Positions 32,930 to 42,533 of a DNA stretch of 64,000 bases are shown one piece after another (positions within the stretch are counted from its first letter, which is position 1; each line of letters opens with the position of its first letter). The notes beneath the pieces are model-generated. The model saw nothing but the letters and a program-made list of their open reading frames with translations. It searched no databases and was not told the DNA's origin. The DNA comes from Klebsiella pneumoniae (lineage in GTDB: Bacteria; Pseudomonadota; Gammaproteobacteria; Ga0077536). The DNA is taken from the NCBI GenBank assembly GCA_945862315.1, contig CAMAXW010000005.1, positions 17,890 through 81,889 of the forward strand, written 5' to 3'. The translations under genes were made by a program, and so were the position numbers.

Positions 32930-34042
32930 ATGATGTTCTGCTGGGCTGTGGGCGCCGCAGTCATTTGGACGGCCATCTTGCTGCTCCCATGGCGGCCCTG
33001 GGCAGTCAGCGAGCAAATTTCTGCGGCGGCACCCGGTGCACACAGCGGTCTGGAAGACATCACCGCACTGATCCCGGCGCGCGATGAAGCCCACTGTATT
33101 ACCGACACCCTCCAACGACTTGCCGCGCAAGGCCACCTCGCGCGCATTGTGCTCATCGACGACGAAAGCAGTGATGGCACGGGAGACCTCGCCAGAGGCT
33201 TAGGTCTCGACTCGTTACACGTTATCAGCGGGCAGCGCCCGCCGCCTGGCTGGTCGGGCAAACTCTGGGCGCTCGAACAAGGACTGCAACACGCGACCAC
33301 GCCTTATGTCCTGCTGCTCGATGCAGATATCTCGCTGGCGCCTGGGATCCTCGCCGCGTTATTGGAGAAATTACAGCGCGAATCGCGCGACTTGGTCTCC
33401 GTCATGGCGGCCCTCTCGATGACCACAGTGTGGGAGCGACTGCTCATCCCACCCTTCATCTATTTCTTTAAAATGCTTTATCCGTTCGCTCTGGCCAACT
33501 CGAAGTCGCCACGCGTGGCCGCGGCAGCAGGTGGCTGCATTTTAATGCGCCGCGACACCCTCTTGACACTCGGTGGTTTTGCCGCGCTCCGCGATGCGCT
33601 GATCGACGACTGCACGCTAGCACGGCATGTGAAGAGCGCCGGTGGCAGCACGTGGCTGGGACTCTCGCGCGATGTGTTTGCCGCCCGCCCCTACCCCTCG
33701 CTCGCGAGTATCTGGAACATGGTCGCCCGCACGGCCTTCACCGAACTGCGCTACTCGATCCTATTGCTGTTGCTGTGCACCGTGTTGCTGGTGGTCGTAT
33801 TTGTGGTGCCAGTGGTCGGCTTGGCTAGCACCGATAACACCACACGAGGCCTATGCGTGCTGGTGATGGCGGCAATGGTGCGCAGTTATCTGCCCGTCCT
33901 GCGTTACTATGACCGCCCGCAGCTCTGGGCGTTAACACTACCCATTGCAGCAACACTGTATCTGGCGATGACTTGGACCTCGGCGCTGCGCTATTTTCGC
34001 GGCGAGCGTTCCCGCTGGAAGAATCGAACTTATCAACGCTAG
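32930..34042 (+). CDS. hpnI: Hopanoid-associated family 2 glycosyltransferase HpnI
   Basis: GT2 signature ...IPARDEAHCITDTLQRLAA...VLIDDESSDGT...LLLDADIS... Transmembrane segments are present at both the N- and C-termini. Confidence 0.7.
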   Translation: MMFCWAVGAAVIWTAILLLPWRPWAVSEQISAAAPGAHSGLEDITALIPARDEAHCITDTLQRLAAQGHLARIVLIDDESSDGTGDLARGLGLDSLHVISGQRPPPGWSGKLWALEQGLQHATTPYVLLLDADISLAPGILAALLEKLQRESRDLVSVMAALSMTTVWERLLIPPFIYFFKMLYPFALANSKSPRVAAAAGGCILMRRDTLLTLGGFAALRDALIDDCTLARHVKSAGGSTWLGLSRDVFAARPYPSLASIWNMVARTAFTELRYSILLLLLCTVLLVVVFVVPVVGLASTDNTTRGLCVLVMAAMVRSYLPVLRYYDRPQLWALTLPIAATLYLAMTWTSALRYFRGERSRWKNRTYQR

Positions 34043-34067
34043 TTATCGCTAAGGCGAGGAAAAAGCC

Positions 34068-34679
34068 ATGTTCAAATCGCTCCGTATTACGACCTGCCTG
34101 CTATTGGCCATGGCCGCCCCACTGGCGTGCGCCGCGGCGGCCGCCGACGGTGCAGTCGCGGTGGTAGAAAAACTCCACGCAGCGCTGTTGAACACCATGA
34201 AAGATGGCACCACGCTAGGCTACAAAGGTCGGGTGGAGCGTCTGACCCCGGTCATCAAGGAATGTTTTAACTTCAACACCATCGCGCGCGCCGTGACCGG
34301 ACCGCACTGGAAAACATTGGCCGCTGATAAACGGGAACAATTTATCACTACTTTTGCGCAACTCAGCGTGGCGACCTACGCCGAGAATTTTTCCAGCTAC
34401 GGCGGCGAAAGTTTTGAGACGGTAGCGCAAGAAGAATCTCGCGGTGCCACGCTCGTCAAAACCGTTATCATCACTGGCGACGGCAAACGCGTTTCACTGA
34501 ATTACGTCGTGACCCAATCGGCAGAACAGTGGGGAATTGTGAATGTTATCGCGCAGGGGGTGTCCGATCTCGCCTTGAAACGTACCGAATATGACGCCGT
34601 CATTTCGGCCCAGGGCATCGATCCACTGATTGCAAAACTCGACGCCAAAGTTGCATCATACGCAGCAGCCGGAAAGTGA
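34068..34679 (+). CDS. hpnM: MlaC/Ttg2D-family periplasmic lipid-binding protein (HpnM-like)
   Basis: Signal peptide followed by a Ttg2D-like sequence. It lies immediately downstream of hpnI. Confidence 0.65.
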   Translation: MFKSLRITTCLLLAMAAPLACAAAAADGAVAVVEKLHAALLNTMKDGTTLGYKGRVERLTPVIKECFNFNTIARAVTGPHWKTLAADKREQFITTFAQLSVATYAENFSSYGGESFETVAQEESRGATLVKTVIITGDGKRVSLNYVVTQSAEQWGIVNVIAQGVSDLALKRTEYDAVISAQGIDPLIAKLDAKVASYAAAGK

Positions 34680-34738
34680 CCGCGATGATCAACGAGCACC
34701 TAGCAGCAGAAAGTTTAGCCATGGTTCGGAACCAAAAA

Positions 34739-35566
34739 ATGTCAAAAGAGCGCATCGTCCGAGGACTATTCACCCTCGTGTTGGCCGCCTTGGTAAGCGC
34801 TTGCGCCACCAATACCCCCAAAGGGCCAAACGACCCTTGGGAAAAACAGAACCGCAAGTTCTACAATTTTAACGATAGCCTCGATCGCAAATTTTTCACC
34901 CCGGTGGCTAAAGGTTATGTTGCGGTTACCCCCAAACCCGTGCGGGCGAGCGTCACCAACGTTTTTGAAAACGTCGGCTATTTAAACGTGATAGCCAACG
35001 ACCTGCTGCAGGGCAAGCTCACCAATTTTGCCGCCGACTCCGGCCGGTTCATTGTTAATAGTTCCATCGGCTTGGGTGGCATTTTTGACCCCGCCACTAG
35101 CCTCGGCCTGCCAGCGCACGACGAAGATTTTGGTCAAACGCTCGGCAAATGGGGTGCTGGCGAGGGCCGCTATTTGGTGCTGCCCCTCATGGGACCTAAC
35201 TCCTTTCGGGATCTGCCAGACATTGCGACATCCATGGCACTGAACCCGCTGACCTACATCAGTGCGGTCGTCACCGTACCGCTGGGGGTTCTCAATCTTA
35301 TCAACATGCGGGCTAACCTACTGGAAGCCACCAACATCCGCGACCAAGCGGCGCTAGATCCCTACACCTTCGTGCGCGAGGCCTATCGCCAAATGCGGGA
35401 ATTCAAGATTTACGACGGTAACCCGCCGAGCGAGAGCATCGATGACTACCTTGATGAAGATGACGGCGACGTAGCGGCAGCCCAGCCAGCAGTCGTCCAA
35501 CCGCAGGCAGCTAAGCCAGCAACTGGGGCAGAGGCCGCTGACCCGTCGGTCTTAAAAGTCTACTAA
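34739..35566 (+). CDS. mlaA: MlaA/VacJ-family outer-membrane lipoprotein
   Basis: The N-terminus reads MSKERIVRGLFTLVLAALVSAC, a lipobox. The rest of the protein is VacJ-like. The track starts at 34676. Confidence 0.75.
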   Translation: MSKERIVRGLFTLVLAALVSACATNTPKGPNDPWEKQNRKFYNFNDSLDRKFFTPVAKGYVAVTPKPVRASVTNVFENVGYLNVIANDLLQGKLTNFAADSGRFIVNSSIGLGGIFDPATSLGLPAHDEDFGQTLGKWGAGEGRYLVLPLMGPNSFRDLPDIATSMALNPLTYISAVVTVPLGVLNLINMRANLLEATNIRDQAALDPYTFVREAYRQMREFKIYDGNPPSESIDDYLDEDDGDVAAAQPAVVQPQAAKPATGAEAADPSVLKVY

Positions 35567-35589
35567 GGCTACGCCGGCGGCGGTGCAGG

Positions 35590-36810
35590 CTAGGACGCCT
35601 GCCCAGCCGCCGCGTCCAAAATCTCCAACCAGTGGCGAACCGGTTGTTTCGCCGCCCCCTCTAAATGCAACATGCAGCCAATATTGGCGGTGGCGATCAC
35701 GGCCGGGAAATCGGCGGTGAGGGCCGTCAGCTTGCGCGCCCGCAACTCCCCACTGATGACTGGCTGTAGCACCGAATAGGCGCCGGCCGAACCGCAACAC
35801 AAATGCGAGTCGGCCACAGCGCAGAGTTTCGCACCCGCCGCCTGCAGCAAAGCCTCGATGCGGCCAGCCCCACCCAAACCATGCTGAAGCGAGCATGGCG
35901 TTTGTATCGCCACGCGGGCGTCCACGTTCAAACCCATCGCAACAACATCCTCGGGCCGCAAAACTTCGGTCGCATCACGGACCCGCGCGGCCACCTTTGC
36001 GGCGCGTTCGGCATAGACCGGATCATCGCGCAGAATTTCTGCGTAATCCTTTAGAAAAGTAGTACACCCGGTGGCGCTACTGAAGATGCCTTCGGCACCC
36101 CGTTCAATCTCCGGCCACCACGCATCGATATTGCGCCGGGCATGCGCACGGGCTTCTTCGTGCGCGCCCAAGTGGTAGGCGAGCGCCCCACAACAACCAC
36201 GACCTGGCACTCGCACCAGAGATTGCCCGCAGCGATCGAGCAGGCGCGCCGCAGCGGCATTGATTGAGGGTCGGGCCACCGCCTGAACACAGCCATCCAA
36301 CGCCACCCAGCGACGGGCATGGCGTGCGGATGGCCAGTCACCGGCAGCGCGAGGACGGGGCACGAGCCGAGCGAATACGGCCGGCAGCACCGGCCGCAAG
36401 CGTTGTCCCAGCCCTAACAGCAAGCCAAAGGCTCGCGACGGCACACCCCGTCGGAGCAGCCAGCGCTCAAGTTTGGCGAGTCGCCCGCGCGGCACCGCAA
36501 TGTCCAGTCGCGGGCGGACCAAATCGAGCAGCCGACCGTAACGCACACCCGACGGGCAAGTGGTCTCGCAGGCGCGGCAGGTCAGGCAACGGTCTATATG
36601 GCGTTGGGTTTCTAGCCCCGTATCAGCACCTTCCAACAGCGATTTAATCAGGTAGATGCGTCCTCTGGGGCCGTCCCGCTCATCGCCCAGCAGCTGGTAG
36701 GTTGGGCAGGTTGCATTGCAGAAACCGCAATGCACACAGGCGCGCAGGATGGTGGCCGCCTCGGCGCCATCGGGCTCACTTAAGAGAGCGGGTGGCAGAC
36801 GCGTGCGCAT
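35590..36810 (-). CDS. glcF: Glycolate oxidase iron-sulfur subunit
   Basis: Carries two CxxCxxCxxxCP clusters, including CVHCGFCNATCP. Confidence 0.8.
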   Translation of the reverse strand: MRTRLPPALLSEPDGAEAATILRACVHCGFCNATCPTYQLLGDERDGPRGRIYLIKSLLEGADTGLETQRHIDRCLTCRACETTCPSGVRYGRLLDLVRPRLDIAVPRGRLAKLERWLLRRGVPSRAFGLLLGLGQRLRPVLPAVFARLVPRPRAAGDWPSARHARRWVALDGCVQAVARPSINAAAARLLDRCGQSLVRVPGRGCCGALAYHLGAHEEARAHARRNIDAWWPEIERGAEGIFSSATGCTTFLKDYAEILRDDPVYAERAAKVAARVRDATEVLRPEDVVAMGLNVDARVAIQTPCSLQHGLGGAGRIEALLQAAGAKLCAVADSHLCCGSAGAYSVLQPVISGELRARKLTALTADFPAVIATANIGCMLHLEGAAKQPVRHWLEILDAAAGQAS

Positions 36811-36812
36811 GG

Positions 36813-37889
36813 TCAGTCGTCCTGTGGTGAGAGTTCTGGATTGAACATCTGGAGAGGGTCGAAGCTGTGGCGGATCCTCTTCTGGAGCGCGCGCTGGACG
36901 GCCGTGAGGCCGCTATTGAGCAAGCTGTAGTTTGCATCGAACGCGCTGGCATAGCCCCCAGCCGCCGTCGCGCAGGCGGTGATTTCCGCCGCAGTCGCCG
37001 TGGTTTTTAGCCAGCGCTGGGCGCCGCCCCAATCCCATAGCCAACTGCCGCTCAAGGCCAAATTGGGTGCATTCGGCGGCAGCACCAAACGCCAAAGCGC
37101 CCGCCCATCGGCGAAAAACGGCAGCGCCCAGTCACGCAATTGGCGCCAAAAATCGCTGGTTTCTTCGCTCGCAACGTTGATCAGAGCCTCGGCGGCGGCG
37201 GCCACTGCGGCGGCCGAACCCGAAAAACGCACGTGTAAGTATTCGCCGTCATGGCATAGGCCCGTTAAGGGTGAAAAGCGGCCGCCGGCCTCGCGCATCC
37301 ACGCGCGCGCGGCTTCCAACGACAGTGGCCAGCGTAGGCAGCATTCCGTCGCAGGCGCCGGCACGACCCTCACCGCGATTTCCATAATCGGCCCCAAAAC
37401 ACCCCAAGCCCCAGTGACCAGACGCGAAACATCGTAGCCGGCGACATTCTTCATGACCCGTCCACCAAATTGGAGTAGCTCACCTTGCGAGTTCAACAGC
37501 CCCACCCCCAGCACATGGTCGCGCACCGACGCCGTGTAGGGTCGCGCCGGGCCCGAAAGCCCCGTGCTGATGACGCCACCCAAGGTGGATTGCGCACTGC
37601 CGCGCGGGGCTTCGAATGCCAAACACTGGCCGTGTTGCGCCAACAGGGTTTCAATCTCGACCAGCGGGGTACCCGCACGCGCAACGATCGCCAGTTCCGA
37701 GGGCGCATAGGCAATGACCCCCGCGTAGGAAGACAGCGCCAGCACCACGGGCCCGGCTGGTGGGCGCAGAAAATCATGCGTGCCGCCGCCGCGTAGCGAC
37801 ACCGGTTGGCGCTCAGCAACGGCACGTGCTAGGCGCGCACGGATATCAGCAAGGGCGTCGTGCGCGAGGGAGTCTTGAGCGCCGTCCAT
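36813..37889 (-). CDS. glcE: Glycolate oxidase FAD-binding subunit
   Basis: FAD-binding PCMH-type domain. It lies upstream of glcF. Confidence 0.65.
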   Translation of the reverse strand: MDGAQDSLAHDALADIRARLARAVAERQPVSLRGGGTHDFLRPPAGPVVLALSSYAGVIAYAPSELAIVARAGTPLVEIETLLAQHGQCLAFEAPRGSAQSTLGGVISTGLSGPARPYTASVRDHVLGVGLLNSQGELLQFGGRVMKNVAGYDVSRLVTGAWGVLGPIMEIAVRVVPAPATECCLRWPLSLEAARAWMREAGGRFSPLTGLCHDGEYLHVRFSGSAAAVAAAAEALINVASEETSDFWRQLRDWALPFFADGRALWRLVLPPNAPNLALSGSWLWDWGGAQRWLKTTATAAEITACATAAGGYASAFDANYSLLNSGLTAVQRALQKRIRHSFDPLQMFNPELSPQDD

Positions 37890-37941
37890 TTACTCGCCGT
37901 GACCCGCACGCCGTGTCGGAATCACCCGCGATGCGTGCAAT

Positions 37942-39039
37942 TCAGGAACCGCGCGCAATGTCCGGCGTTGACGACCTAACGTCGCCATTTTGCGCGCGCT
38001 GGCGCAATCCGTGGTCCATTAAGACTAGCGCGAGCATGGCCTCCGCGATGGGGATGGCCCGAATGCCAACGCAGGGATCGTGCCGTCCGAGCGTGGCGAT
38101 GGTGGTTGCCATGCCGCTCACATCGATGGTTTCACCGCTCAAGCGAATACTAGACGTTGGCTTTAGCGCGAGGCTCACCAAAAGATTTTGCCCGGTCGAA
38201 ATACCGCCCAGAATGCCCCCAGCGTGATTGCTGGCAAAACCCTGCGGTGACATTTCGTCGCGGTGCTGGGTGCCGCGTTGCGTGACGACCGCGAAACCAT
38301 CGCCAATTTCAACACCCTTGACGGCATTCAGCCCCATCATGGCCTTAGCGATATCCGCGTCTAGGCGATCGAACACCGGCTCGCCCCAGCCGGGCGGCAC
38401 TTGGCTGGCCATCACGTTAACGCGCGCACCTACCGAATCACCGCTTTTACGCAAGGCATCCATGAACGCCTCGAGTTCGGGCACCCGCCCCGGTTCCGCA
38501 CAAAAAAATGGGTTGTTATCAACGGCGTCCAGATCCTCGCAAGCCAACGCGATGGGGCCTAACTGGGAGAGCCAGCCACGAATCGAAATGCCATAGTGCG
38601 CAGACAAGTATTTTTTGGCGATGCCGGCTGCTGCCACCCGCACACAGGTCTCGCGCGCGGATGCGCGTCCACCACCCCGATAATCACGCAAGCCATATTT
38701 TTGCTGGTAGGCGTAGTCGGCGTGACCAGGACGGAATTTATCTTTGATGTTGCCGTAATCTTTCGATTTTTGGTCGGTGTTTTCGATTAGCAGGCCGATC
38801 GGCGTACCAGTCGTAACCCCCTCAAAAACGCCCGATATTATCTGGACTTCATCGGCCTCTCGGCGCTGGGTGGTGTGGCGCGACTGGCCAGGCTTGCGCC
38901 GGTCCAAATCGTGTTGAAGATCCGCCGCGCACAATGGCATACCCGGTGGGCAGCCATCGACGATGCCCACATAGCTCGGGCCATGGCTTTCTCCAGCACT
39001 GGTGACCGTGAAAAGCGTTCCAAAGGTGTTTCCAGACAT
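37942..39039 (-). CDS. aroC: Chorismate synthase
   Basis: The N-terminus reads [33 protein letters not shown]... Confidence 0.95.
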   Translation of the reverse strand: MSGNTFGTLFTVTSAGESHGPSYVGIVDGCPPGMPLCAADLQHDLDRRKPGQSRHTTQRREADEVQIISGVFEGVTTGTPIGLLIENTDQKSKDYGNIKDKFRPGHADYAYQQKYGLRDYRGGGRASARETCVRVAAAGIAKKYLSAHYGISIRGWLSQLGPIALACEDLDAVDNNPFFCAEPGRVPELEAFMDALRKSGDSVGARVNVMASQVPPGWGEPVFDRLDADIAKAMMGLNAVKGVEIGDGFAVVTQRGTQHRDEMSPQGFASNHAGGILGGISTGQNLLVSLALKPTSSIRLSGETIDVSGMATTIATLGRHDPCVGIRAIPIAEAMLALVLMDHGLRQRAQNGDVRSSTPDIARGS

Positions 39040-39044
39040 GGGCT

Positions 39045-39959
39045 TTATTCTAGCAACTGGCGCGGCGTTACGTCGCCCCGCACACGCGGAAGATCGCGCG
39101 CCGCCAGCACCGAAATACCGTCGCCGCCGTGGGCCAGTGCCACCCAGGTGAACGGGAAGTCGGGGAAAGCCTGCGCCAGTGCATCTGAAGTCGCGCCGGT
39201 ATCCATCACCAACCAGCCCTCAGGGGCTAAGTAGTCGCGCACCGCCCCCAATAAACGACGCAAGACCAGTAAACCGTCCGCACCCGCGACCAGACCGAGC
39301 GCCGGCTCGTGTCGATATTCCGCCGGCAAGGCGTCGAACTCCGCCTGCGGTACATAGGGCGGATTGGCCAGGATGAGATCGTAGGGTTCCCGGGGGGTCG
39401 GATAAATATCCGTCAAATGAAAATGTACGCGGTCGGCGACTCCCAAGCGCGCAGCGTTCTCACCCGCCACTTCGAGTGCCGCCGGTGAAATATCGGTGGC
39501 GTCGACCTGGACCCACGGAAAAGCCAACGCCGTCGCGATGGCAATACAGCCACTGCCGGTGGCGATATCCAGCACGCGCCGGACCTGGCCAATGTCCAAC
39601 CACGGCGCGAAGCGGGTGTTGATGAGTTCGCCGATAGGCGAGCGCGGCACCAGCACACGCTCGTCGACGAGGAATTCGTGGCCACAAAACCACATGCGAC
39701 CGGTCAAGTAGGCAGCCGGCCGCTGCTGCGCGATGCGTGCCTTGATCAAAACCTCGACCGCTACCATTTGGGCGGGTTCCAGCAGTTGGTCAAGTGCCGC
39801 ATCGGCCGTATTAAAACTCAAACCCAAGGCGTGAAAAACCAAAAATACGGCTTCGTCACGCGCGTTATCCGTGCCGTGGCCGTAAGTCAGGCGTGCGCGC
39901 AGGAAGCGCCGCTCGGCGTTCAAGACCAAACGCCGCGCGGTAGCTATGCGGGGTGGCAT
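39045..39959 (-). CDS. prmB: Ribosomal protein L3 glutamine methyltransferase (HemK family). The yfcB-aroC linkage is conserved.
   Basis: Carries the SAM-binding motif [10 protein letters not shown] and the NPPY motif. It is adjacent to aroC. Confidence 0.8.
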   Translation of the reverse strand: MPPRIATARRLVLNAERRFLRARLTYGHGTDNARDEAVFLVFHALGLSFNTADAALDQLLEPAQMVAVEVLIKARIAQQRPAAYLTGRMWFCGHEFLVDERVLVPRSPIGELINTRFAPWLDIGQVRRVLDIATGSGCIAIATALAFPWVQVDATDISPAALEVAGENAARLGVADRVHFHLTDIYPTPREPYDLILANPPYVPQAEFDALPAEYRHEPALGLVAGADGLLVLRRLLGAVRDYLAPEGWLVMDTGATSDALAQAFPDFPFTWVALAHGGDGISVLAARDLPRVRGDVTPRQLLE

Positions 39960-39998
39960 ACGCGAAAACCTCTCTGAGTGCGCTAGTTTACCGGCGCC

Positions 39999-41882
39999 TC
40001 AGACCACCACCTCGGTGAGGAAAGTATTGAGCCGACGCACGAAGGCCGCTGGGTCCTCCAGTCTGCCCCCTTCCACCAGCACGGCCTGATCAAACAGCAG
40101 TTGCGCCAGATCACCAAAGCGTTGATCGCCGTCTTCCGTCGCCAACCGGATGAGCAGCGGGTGCCGCTCGTTCACTTCCAGAATGCGCCGTGCCGGCGGC
40201 ACTTCCTGACCGGCCGCCCGCAGAATGCGCTGTAAGTTCACACTCATGTCGTAGTCATCACCCACCAGACAAGCGGGGGAATCGGTTAAACGCGTCGAGG
40301 GCCGGACCGCGCTGACTTTGCCTTCGAGCGCCGCCTTAAGCTTGACGATCAGCGCCGAGTCTTCGACCGGGGCATCTGGGGTTGTGGTTTCCTCATCGCC
40401 CGGCAGTTCCAGTTTGCCCTGCATGACTGAGCGCAGTGGCCGACCGTCGAATTCCGTTAGCTGCTGGACCACCCATTCATCGACCGGTTCACATAACAAC
40501 AGCACTTCAATGCCGCGTGCCCGAAACACTTCCAGATGCGGACTAGATTTGGCGGTTGCGTGGGTCTCGGCCGTCAAGAAATAAATCGCTTTCTGGCCTT
40601 CCTTCATGCGTGAAACATAGGCTTCCAGCGCGGTCGTCGGTTCTGCTTGATCAGTCTGCGTGCTGGCAAAGCGCAGCAGCTTGGCCACCCGCTCACGGTT
40701 GCTGGCATCTTCAATGATGCCTTCCTTCAGGACTCGTCCAAAAGTCTGCCAGAACTTCGCGTAGTCTTCGCCTTCGGCCAGGGTTTCGATCAGCCCCAGA
40801 ATTTTCTTCACCGAAGCGCCACGGATGGTGTCGATCGATTTGTTACGTTGTAGCAACTCGCGTGAAACATTGAGCGGCAGATCACGGGTGTCCACGATGC
40901 CCCGCACAAACCGCAGGTAACGTGGCAGCAATTGCTCGGCATCGTCCATGATGAAAACGCGTTGCACATACAGCTTGATGCCGTGCTGCGCGTCGCGATC
41001 AAATAGGTCGAAAGGTGCCCGCGCAGGAATAAAAAACAGGGTCGTGTATTCCAGTTTGCCTTCGGACTTCGTATGCACCCACGTCATGGGGTCCTCGAAA
41101 TCATGCGCAATATGTTTGTAGAACGACTGGTAATCCGCGTCAGGAATATCCTGCTTGCTGCGTACCCACAATGCCGTGGCGCTATTGACCGTCTCCCGCG
41201 CGGCGGGGGTCTCCTCACCTTCGGTGGGGGCTGCAATGGCCGGCATCGTGATCGGCACCGCGATGTGGTCGGAGTATTTTTTGACCAGCGCGCGCAGGCG
41301 GTAGGCGTCGGCAAATTCTAGGGCGTCTTCCTTGAGGTGCAGAATAATTTCGGTACCACGGCGGCTGCGCAGGCAAGCTTCCACCGTGAACTCCCCACGT
41401 CCATCAGACTCCCAACGCACGCCAGTTTCTGGCCCGGCACCAGCCCGGCGCGACAAGACGGTGACTTTGTCGGCGACGATGAACGCCGCATAAAAGCCCA
41501 CGCCGAACTGGCCGATGAGTTGCGAGTCTTGGCGGGCGTCGCCGCTCAAACCACCAAAAAATTCTTTAGTGCCGGACTTGGCGATCGTCCCCAAATGAGA
41601 GATGACGTCCTCGCGGGTCATGCCAATACCGGTATCGCGTAACGTGACGGTGCGGGCCTCGCTGTCGAAATCGACGGCGATCCCAGCGGCCGCGTCACCC
41701 TCATACAGCGCCTCGTCAGACAGCGCCGAGAAGCGCAGTTTCTCAATCGCGTCGGAGGCATTGGAAATGAGCTCCCGGAGAAAAATCTCGCGGTTGCTGT
41801 ATAGCGAATTAATGACGAGGTCCAGAAGTTGATTAACTTCAGATTGGAACCCCAGAGTTTCTTTAGGTGCGGTAGTGGTCAT
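39999..41882 (-). CDS. htpG: Chaperone HtpG (Hsp90)
   Basis: The N-terminus reads ...LGFQSEVNQLLDLVINSLYSNREIFLRELISNASDA... Confidence 0.95.
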   Translation of the reverse strand: MTTTAPKETLGFQSEVNQLLDLVINSLYSNREIFLRELISNASDAIEKLRFSALSDEALYEGDAAAGIAVDFDSEARTVTLRDTGIGMTREDVISHLGTIAKSGTKEFFGGLSGDARQDSQLIGQFGVGFYAAFIVADKVTVLSRRAGAGPETGVRWESDGRGEFTVEACLRSRRGTEIILHLKEDALEFADAYRLRALVKKYSDHIAVPITMPAIAAPTEGEETPAARETVNSATALWVRSKQDIPDADYQSFYKHIAHDFEDPMTWVHTKSEGKLEYTTLFFIPARAPFDLFDRDAQHGIKLYVQRVFIMDDAEQLLPRYLRFVRGIVDTRDLPLNVSRELLQRNKSIDTIRGASVKKILGLIETLAEGEDYAKFWQTFGRVLKEGIIEDASNRERVAKLLRFASTQTDQAEPTTALEAYVSRMKEGQKAIYFLTAETHATAKSSPHLEVFRARGIEVLLLCEPVDEWVVQQLTEFDGRPLRSVMQGKLELPGDEETTTPDAPVEDSALIVKLKAALEGKVSAVRPSTRLTDSPACLVGDDYDMSVNLQRILRAAGQEVPPARRILEVNERHPLLIRLATEDGDQRFGDLAQLLFDQAVLVEGGRLEDPAAFVRRLNTFLTEVVV

Positions 41883-41918
41883 GGCATGGGCCCGATTGTT
41901 GCTGGATTCGACCCTCGA

Positions 41919-41947
41919 AGATGGGGCTGCGGCGCCATAAATTCAAG
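41919..41947 (-). promoter_or_regulatory. Sigma-32 (RpoH) heat-shock promoter for htpG
   Basis: The minus strand reads CTTGAAT-N14-CCCCATCT. The -10 element ends about 37 nt upstream of the htpG ATG. Confidence 0.7.
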
Positions 41948-42032
41948 ATGGCAAGCGCACTGGCAGCGAGGGTTGGGGCTGCTATATTGCCAGTCTTGGT
42001 GTCCATCTACCGCATTTGAATGTTGAGCAGCT

Positions 42033-42527
42033 ATGTCCGGTCCTAAATTTCGCCGCAATCTTCGTGCGCTCGCCAGCGGGTGGTTGGTGGTTGGCGCGTT
42101 GGCGGCGTGCACGCATGCACCTACCACGCCCTCCTCGCCACCACCAAAGCCGCCCATGGGCGACCCCGCCAGCGTGCTGCTGGAGGCCGAAACCGCTTAT
42201 AACGCCGAACAATGGGCTGCTGCCGAAGAGCGATACCTCGCGTTGGTGCGCCAAGATCCCAGCAACGGCCCGCTGTGGTTCAAGCTAGGCAACGTCTATT
42301 TTCGTAGCGGCCAGCTGAAAGTCGCGGCGGCGGCGTACGAGGAGGGCGTCAAACATGCGCCTAATCTCACCAAAGCCTGGTACAACCTGGGCATCGTGCG
42401 GCTGCGCCAAGCCTCTCAAAGCGTCGCCGAAGCCGCGCGGGTCGCGACCCCCGCGGAGGCGGACGCCGCCACGCGGGCCGGTGTCCTGAACGCAGGCATC
42501 GATGCACTGCTAGCACCTACGCGCTGA
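42033..42527 (+). CDS. TPR-repeat lipoprotein
   Basis: Lipobox ...VVGALAAC followed by TPR-like repeats (WFKLGNVYFRSGQLKVAAAAYEEGVKHAPN). Confidence 0.6.
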   Translation: MSGPKFRRNLRALASGWLVVGALAACTHAPTTPSSPPPKPPMGDPASVLLEAETAYNAEQWAAAEERYLALVRQDPSNGPLWFKLGNVYFRSGQLKVAAAAYEEGVKHAPNLTKAWYNLGIVRLRQASQSVAEAARVATPAEADAATRAGVLNAGIDALLAPTR

Positions 42528-42533
42528 AAAACC

